Origin: a virus
Lineage: Duplodnaviria; Caudoviricetes
Length of the DNA: 28,859 nt
Direction: 5' to 3' (one strand)
Virus record (IMG/VR): IMGVR_UViG_3300043416_000141
Coordinates: 1-28,859 of that record
Of this stretch, positions 23,501 through 28,859 are shown in pieces. The notes beneath the pieces were generated by a model. It was not told the DNA's origin. It made no database searches and saw nothing but the letters and a program-made list of their open reading frames with translations. Made by a program: the position numbers and the translations under genes. The first letter of the stretch is position 1, and each line of letters opens with the position of its first letter.

Positions 23501-23904
23501 CAGCTCATGCCTCGATAGCTCGCCTCACGGCGGAAGTTGGAGAAGTCGCCGCCGAAACTGGTAGAAGCAATCAGAACTACAGCCAGCATCTTGGCGTAGA
23601 TCTGGGCGTCGGTGGGCGTAAGGTTGCCGTCCTGCTCGAGGTAATCGACGGCCAGGTCGTAGTCATCGAGCAGGCTTTCCCACATCTCCACCATCTCGGA
23701 CGGGGTGGGGGCACCTTTTCCCGGCTCCGCAAACTCGACCGAAACATCAGAGGATGAAGTCGACCGGACAACCTGGCCGGACTCGATCACTGTGGCCGCG
23801 GCGATGGACTTAGCAGCCAAGGCAGCCAGGAGCGTCACACCGCCCAGTGTCGCATAGACACTGCGGAGATAGGCCCTCTTGATGGCTACGGTAAACGTGA
23901 ACAC
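23500..23904 (-). CDS. Head-to-tail joining protein (gpW-like position), 134 aa
   Basis: Lies between terL and portal; helix-hairpin-helix layout; GTG start. Confidence 0.5.
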   Translation of the reverse strand: MFTFTVAIKRAYLRSVYATLGGVTLLAALAAKSIAAATVIESGQVVRSTSSSDVSVEFAEPGKGAPTPSEMVEMWESLLDDYDLAVDYLEQDGNLTPTDAQIYAKMLAVVLIASTSFGGDFSNFRREASYRGMS

Positions 23905-23945
23905 CTCGGGCGGATCTTCACCGATCCCAGGGTGACTTCAATAGG

Positions 23946-25799
23946 TTAGCTGGCTATTGACTCGCTTGACGTAACCAGATCATTCCAGAGCATAACCATG
24001 GCGAGCTGCATGATTTCGCAGTCGTGAAGATGGTCCGGCCATTTCTGATTTCGCTTCACCCAGACGTGCTTGATGCGGCCGGCTCGGTTGGCCTGGGGGC
24101 GTAGGACGTGCGAGTCCAGGTGGCGCCAGTATAGGTCGGGATCGGCGATGTAGGCTCCTTCGGCCTGGACGCTGGGCGGATCCTGGTGCACGCCCCATTC
24201 CCGGTCGATGTCGCCCTTCCTTAGCCTGGAGAGCATATCGCGGAGGTGCTCGGTGTCGAACACCAGGAGGGGCTGCACCACGTCGGTCCTCATCGATGAG
24301 GATGTCGACAGGCCGAAAGGGTGCACCGCCCCGGTGGCTGCTGTGAACCGGGCTCCGGTCTCTCGGCCTTTGAGCGGCATCCAGCCGATCACCATTGGCT
24401 TGCGGAGTCCGCCCTCGGGAGGGTATCTGAGGCCACAAGGAAAGTTGATCGGGTTGGAGGTCACCGAGGAATAGGAGGCACAGGCGTCGTAAACCGTCTG
24501 CGTGTTGAAGCCTGAGTCGATGCCGACATCCATGTCGTGGACCTCGAGGGCCACCTGCACCCGGCGGAGGGCTGCGAAGTCATCGGCATGGCCGGCAGCA
24601 ATCAGGGTAGAGTTGCCGTCCTTCCATTCCCTGCACACCCACCAGAGGAACGGCGCCACGGCCTGGACGTCGGCGGTCAGATAGCGGCGGCCGCCGTCGA
24701 CGGTCACGGTGGCCGCGGTCTCGGTGCGCTCCTGCTGCACGTCCTGTTGCTCCCAGGGCTCTGCAAGGTTTCCATTAACAAAGCCCTGAAGGCCGGCCAT
24801 AGAGCTTTTTGCCTCTAGGAACGAGACAGCCAGATATCCCCAGGTACATTTGCGGTCAGGGCTGTAGAGGCTGCTTAGGTGGTAGGACCGCACACCGGGC
24901 ATGGCGTTGGGATTCTCTGGGCGCCATTGGCCATGACGGAGGGCTGCCACCTTGTGGGCGTCGGTGATCTTGCCAAGGCAGAGCTGACAGACGTAGTGGG
25001 CAGAGGCCCGGATCTTGGCTAGATCATGTTTGCCGTCATCGGTTTTGGCATCGTCCCAGGTCACCTGCCGCCATTCCAGTTTGATGTACTCCCGGCAGTG
25101 TGGGCAAGGCAGGTAGTAGCGGCGCTGGTCACCGCGGATGAAGCGCTGCCAGATCCGGCCTTCGACCACCGTCGGTGTGCTGGTCATAAAGGCCTTGGAA
25201 CTGGAGAACGACTTGAGTCTCTGCTCGGCCAGGTCGAGGGCATCGGCCTCCCGGGCGGTTGCCTCGGCGAACTTGTCGACCTCGTCGGCTATCAGCACCC
25301 GAACCGGGCGGCTGGCCAGGTTGGCCGGGCTGTTGGATCCTACGAAAGTCAGAGTCGACCTGGTGAAGTTCTGCTCGAGGTTGGTGATCTTGTCGGCCTC
25401 GGCCGGGTAGCATTCGAGCATGGCCGGGCTGTCCTCGAGCATGGGCAGCCAGCGAGACTTCGAGAATGACCTGGCGAGGCTCTCGGTGGGCATCAGCCAC
25501 AAGGCCGGGCTCGGCTCGTTGGCGATTAGCCAGGCCAGGCCGGCCATCAGGGTGGTCGTCTTCGATGTCTGCGATCCCCAGCAGAGGGTCACCTCGTAGA
25601 CCGTCGGGTCTTTCCAGGCCTCCATGGGCTCCCTGGTGTAAGGCCGTACCGAGGTTGAGAAGGGCCCGGGGTGCTCGGTCTGCCGTTGGGTCAGCCGGAG
25701 AGATGCTTCGGCCCAGTCGACCACCGTCTGCATGGGTGTCGGCCGGTAGAGATTGCGTCGGTAGTCCAGGAGGCTGCGCTGGAGGTCGGTTAGGTTCAA
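23946..25799 (-). CDS. terL: Terminase large subunit, lambda gpA family
   Basis: PYTREPM, GSQTSKT (Walker A), IADEVD (Walker B), STPT, PCPHC/CQLC zinc finger, SSLYSP, ADVQ, IDSG and HLHDC. Confidence 0.93.
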   Translation of the reverse strand: MNLTDLQRSLLDYRRNLYRPTPMQTVVDWAEASLRLTQRQTEHPGPFSTSVRPYTREPMEAWKDPTVYEVTLCWGSQTSKTTTLMAGLAWLIANEPSPALWLMPTESLARSFSKSRWLPMLEDSPAMLECYPAEADKITNLEQNFTRSTLTFVGSNSPANLASRPVRVLIADEVDKFAEATAREADALDLAEQRLKSFSSSKAFMTSTPTVVEGRIWQRFIRGDQRRYYLPCPHCREYIKLEWRQVTWDDAKTDDGKHDLAKIRASAHYVCQLCLGKITDAHKVAALRHGQWRPENPNAMPGVRSYHLSSLYSPDRKCTWGYLAVSFLEAKSSMAGLQGFVNGNLAEPWEQQDVQQERTETAATVTVDGGRRYLTADVQAVAPFLWWVCREWKDGNSTLIAAGHADDFAALRRVQVALEVHDMDVGIDSGFNTQTVYDACASYSSVTSNPINFPCGLRYPPEGGLRKPMVIGWMPLKGRETGARFTAATGAVHPFGLSTSSSMRTDVVQPLLVFDTEHLRDMLSRLRKGDIDREWGVHQDPPSVQAEGAYIADPDLYWRHLDSHVLRPQANRAGRIKHVWVKRNQKWPDHLHDCEIMQLAMVMLWNDLVTSSESIAS

Positions 25800-26869
25800 A
25801 ACAAGCGCCCTTCGTGTTGGTTGGAGATCCTGGCCTCGGAGATCTTGTGGTATTCAGGGTCGCGTTCGATGCCGATGAACCGGAAGCCGTTGATGGTTGC
25901 AGCCTTGCCGGTTGAGCCAGAGCCCATAAAGGGGTCGAGGATGGTTCCGCCTGGTTGAGTTATTAGACGGCAGAGGTAGGCCATTAGCATGGTCGGTTTG
26001 ACGGTGGGGTGATTGTTCTCGGATTCTCGATCCACTTTACCAGCCTTGGCCGTGTAGAAGAACCGGGCGCCGGACTTCAGCGACAGGGCCGCCTCGTTGC
26101 TGCCGTCGTGGATGATGTTGGCAGGCCAGCGGCCGACGCATTCACGGCCGTCGAATTCTTTGTGTGATGATATCGGTGTGACGGTTCTCTTGTTTTCTAA
26201 ATCTTTGTGTCCTGCGCTTGGATTCCATCGGCTTTCCGTCCCCACTCTGCACCCATCGACATTGATTGCCCCGGTGCCGTACTGGATCACATTGGAGGCC
26301 ACCGTGCTGGAGAATGGCTTTCGGGCCATGGTGATCGGCTCTAGGGCAGGCTTTAGGGCAGTGCCCCAGCCGGACCATTGATGGGCTTCGGGTGTGGCGG
26401 GGGTGTTTCCGTCGACTTCGTGATATCCAATCTCACGGCTTTTTTCAATCCATGGTCTTGTGTCTGCTTTTCCTGACATCGTACCACTGGTTTCTGGGCG
26501 TGGTTTTACTCGTATTTTTTCACGCTCTGCCCCGGCCGCCTTGTCGATAGCCTTGCTCACATCCAGCGACTTCGGAAAGCCCGACCCATACACCCAGGCG
26601 ATCATGTCGCGGATCTCGAAGCCGGCGTCCTCGATCCTGCACGCCATCCGGTGCTGCGTCCTGGTGCCGGCGAAGGCCAGTAGGTGGCCTCCCGGCTTCA
26701 GTACCCGTAGACACTGCTCCCAGATGGCCACGCTGGGCACGTCGTAATCCCACTTCTTGCCCATGAAGGACAGGCCGTAAGGTGGATCGGTCACGATGCT
26801 GTCGACCGAGTTGTCCGGCAGGGTTGCCAGAACCTCTAGGCAGTCCCCCAGGTGTAGCTGGTATGTCAT
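25796..26869 (-). CDS. Orphan DNA N6-A/N4-C methyltransferase, beta class (357 aa)
   Basis: GDCL, TDPPY, HPTVKP and LDPFMGSGST motifs; start ATG 26869 in ATGA overlap with terS. Confidence 0.92.
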   Translation of the reverse strand: MTYQLHLGDCLEVLATLPDNSVDSIVTDPPYGLSFMGKKWDYDVPSVAIWEQCLRVLKPGGHLLAFAGTRTQHRMACRIEDAGFEIRDMIAWVYGSGFPKSLDVSKAIDKAAGAEREKIRVKPRPETSGTMSGKADTRPWIEKSREIGYHEVDGNTPATPEAHQWSGWGTALKPALEPITMARKPFSSTVASNVIQYGTGAINVDGCRVGTESRWNPSAGHKDLENKRTVTPISSHKEFDGRECVGRWPANIIHDGSNEAALSLKSGARFFYTAKAGKVDRESENNHPTVKPTMLMAYLCRLITQPGGTILDPFMGSGSTGKAATINGFRFIGIERDPEYHKISEARISNQHEGRLF

Positions 26870-27492
26870 TTCCATGGGTCGGTGTTGTGTAGTGTCTTGA
26901 GCGCCACCTCCTGGACCCACCGGGTTAGCTCGCGCTCGGCGTGCTCGGGGTCATGCGGTGCAATACGGCCGGAGAGTTGCTTCGGCATGGCCTTGATCAG
27001 CGAGGCCACGGCGCCGTCGTGCTCCTGCATCACTCGGCGGACCCAGTCGCCGGAGACCAGGCGCCGTTCCTTCTCGGCCTGGGTGATCACCTCGTCACGG
27101 GCGCTTGTGAGGTTCTTCGCCGCGGCTGCATGGATGGCGACCAGCCGGCCGGCGTCGGCTCTACCACCGCGGAGTGCATCGACAGCCAGGTCATAGGCTG
27201 CACGCTCGATTTGGCGCTGCCTTTCGTAAGCGCCTTCTGGCGAGTCGGTAGCGGCTGTTGCGGTGTTGAGAGGGGTCTCTGCTTCAATAGGCCTGTAGGG
27301 GCCTTCCTGTTCGATTGCGGTGGGGTCGGGTGTTGTCTTCTGTTTAGGAATAGACTTAGCGCGTGACCTAACATGTTGAGATCGCCAGAGATCGGCTGAC
27401 TCGGGCGAGTCCATCGGCATCCCCTGGGATATAAGCTGTGCGACCCGCGGCTGGCTTATACCGATCCGGTCGCCGTATTCCTTTTGTGTCAT
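26866..27492 (-). CDS. terS: Terminase small subunit (Nu1-like)
   Basis: N-terminal wHTH TQKEYG..GISQPRVAQL...GMP; coiled coil followed by LV and L..MP.QL motifs. Confidence 0.75.
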   Translation of the reverse strand: MTQKEYGDRIGISQPRVAQLISQGMPMDSPESADLWRSQHVRSRAKSIPKQKTTPDPTAIEQEGPYRPIEAETPLNTATAATDSPEGAYERQRQIERAAYDLAVDALRGGRADAGRLVAIHAAAAKNLTSARDEVITQAEKERRLVSGDWVRRVMQEHDGAVASLIKAMPKQLSGRIAPHDPEHAERELTRWVQEVALKTLHNTDPWK

Positions 27493-27713
27493 GGCTGCAG
27501 GGCGTCCTTGATCTCTTGAGGCATCATCGAGTCGGGCAGGTTGCCGGCGAATTGGAGGGCTCGGAAGACGCCGTCCCTTCGGCTGTCGTAGTTGCTTGGC
27601 ACCAGGGAACCGACAATCTGCTCTGGAGTGGTGCCACTCTTCATCAGCCGGATAAACCAGGCGGTGTTGGCCAGGCCAAACTGGTCGACGAGGAATTGTA
27701 TTTGGTTAGGCAT
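27489..27713 (-). CDS. Hypothetical protein (74 aa)
   Basis: ATGA overlap with terS. Confidence 0.6.
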   Translation of the reverse strand: MPNQIQFLVDQFGLANTAWFIRLMKSGTTPEQIVGSLVPSNYDSRRDGVFRALQFAGNLPDSMMPQEIKDALQP

Positions 27714-27799
27714 AAACTATTTAATGAAAGCATTACTCGCAGAAATTGATAGGGGTCTCGCGTTCACCTGTTATTGGAGATATGGCAAAAGATTCCTTA
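27714..27799 (-). other. Candidate cos / packaging initiation region
   Basis: The only AT-rich intergenic gap upstream of terS; GGAATCTTTT...ACAGGTGAACGCGAGACCCC loosely echoes lambda cosQ...cosN. Confidence 0.4.
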
Positions 27800-28168
27800 C
27801 ATATTTGCAGGTTTAACAGAGGTGTCTATTGTACTATGCTCTATCCTTTGCTGCCTTAAATACATCTCATGGCCTTTGGCTATGATGTAAGCCACCGAAC
27901 CTCGAGCAACACCGCACGCCTTGGCCACATCATCGAGGCTTAGGTCGCGTTCCCGTAGATCGTAGGCCTTGCGACACACGTCGGCATCCTGGGCGGTGGC
28001 GGTGATCTCGTAGTCGTCCTCCTCATCAATCACCACCATGGGCGTGCCTAGGGCACTGAGCCTGACGCTGCGAGGGTAGGACATCCAGCCACGCTTGATT
28101 GCTAGGGCAACCAGGTTGGGGGCTTCGTGTAGGAGTTTAACTCGGTCGAGGTCGTAGGGTATTTTCAT
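27797..28168 (-). CDS. HTH protein (123 aa), possible late regulator
   Basis: ATG 28168 in ATGA overlap with the dnaB stop; LSLDDVAKACGVARGSVAYII HTH. Confidence 0.65.
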   Translation of the reverse strand: MKIPYDLDRVKLLHEAPNLVALAIKRGWMSYPRSVRLSALGTPMVVIDEEDDYEITATAQDADVCRKAYDLRERDLSLDDVAKACGVARGSVAYIIAKGHEMYLRQQRIEHSTIDTSVKPANM

Positions 28169-28859
28169 TGGAAGGATGGTGATGGGTCGGTGAACCGGCA
28201 GAACTGGCCTTCGTACCACAGAGGGACGAGGCCGCATTCACCGTCGCGTTGTTTGGCGACAGCGATGATGGCCTCGCCGTTGGCTTGGTTGCGCTCGCGG
28301 TTAAGCAGCAGCACCAGGTCGGCGTCACGTTCTATCTGCCCAGAGTCGGCCAGGTCGGTGAGTCTAGGAACCCGGCCTTTGTCCTTTTCGTTCTCCCGGT
28401 TGAGCTGGGCCAGGGCGACCACCGCGGTCTTGGTGTCGGAAGCAATGGCCTTGAGTCGACCGGATACCTCGGCGATCTCATAGGTTTTCTTTTCGGCCGC
28501 CTTGCTCCCGTGGATCTTCTGGAGGTAGTCGACCAGGACAAGTTTGACTCCCCACTTCCTAACAGCGCGGCGGATCACCGCGGTGATGGTGGCGATGCCG
28601 GACACACCGGAACCGGACACGAAGTAGATCGGGCTGCCGGCCACCTTAGCGGAGGCACTGGCCATGGCCTTCATTCCGCCTTCATTCAGGTCGCCGGTCT
28701 TAATGTCCTGCATCGGAATAGATCCTACGGTAGAGACCATTCTCCGAACGATAGACTCGTCGGACATCTCCAGCGATATAAACAGGGTCGGCACCCGGTG
28801 CTCGATGGCTGCTGCCCGGGCTATTGCGATGGCGATGGCGGTCTTTCCGATGCTTGGCC
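28165..28859 (-). CDS. dnaB: DnaB-family helicase, 3' part
   Basis: DnaB C-terminal motifs FISLEMS, LVLVDYLQ (Walker B), LAQLNR, DLADSGQIERDAD and AKQRDG. Confidence 0.95.
   Translation of the reverse strand, partial: PSIGKTAIAIAIARAAAIEHRVPTLFISLEMSDESIVRRMVSTVGSIPMQDIKTGDLNEGGMKAMASASAKVAGSPIYFVSGSGVSGIATITAVIRRAVRKWGVKLVLVDYLQKIHGSKAAEKKTYEIAEVSGRLKAIASDTKTAVVALAQLNRENEKDKGRVPRLTDLADSGQIERDADLVLLLNRERNQANGEAIIAVAKQRDGECGLVPLWYEGQFCRFTDPSPSFQ
28757..28859. repeat. Terminal direct repeat, right copy
   Basis: Identical to 1-103. Confidence 0.97.

Noticed and set aside
23905-23945. TTGAAG...GAAGAT with a TCACC/GGTGA inverted repeat as a late promoter before the gpW-like gene
   Set aside because: Weak consensus and a single instance; cannot be supported without TSS data.
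1-28859. Alternative genetic code
   Set aside because: Standard code gives full-length terminase, portal, capsid and DnaB with dense tiling.

Overview
This window is an apparently complete, circularly assembled tailed-phage genome. Bases 1-103 are repeated exactly at 28757-28859, giving a unit length of 28,756 bp, and the dnaB gene reads in frame across the junction. Essentially all real genes are on the minus strand, many with ATGA/GTGA/TAATG overlaps. In transcription order from the likely packaging site (~27.75 kb) come: lambda-like small terminase, an inserted orphan DNA methyltransferase, gpA-type large terminase, gpW-like protein, lambda-type portal, a ClpP protease + extra domain + major capsid fusion, head/neck fibre proteins, an endolysin-less holin/spanin cluster, and a non-contractile tail module with a very short tape measure. 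The early/replication arm then follows: promoter near 7.35 kb, repeat-flanked small genes, i-type-like lysozyme, RHH regulator, RuvC-like resolvase, hypervariable small genes, SSB-like protein, sigma4-alphaCTD fusion, DEDD exonuclease, HNH nuclease, initiator, DnaB and an HTH protein. I saw no integrase, CI-type repressor, tRNA or CRISPR. The most unusual signals are a c4/CI-like antisense RNA switch upstream of the replication genes, a twice-occurring co-varying pseudoknot leader, a sigma70 region-4 + RNAP alpha-CTD mimic, and docking-peptide insertions in the neck protein matching two fibre types. All protein calls come from motif recognition by eye, not database searches.
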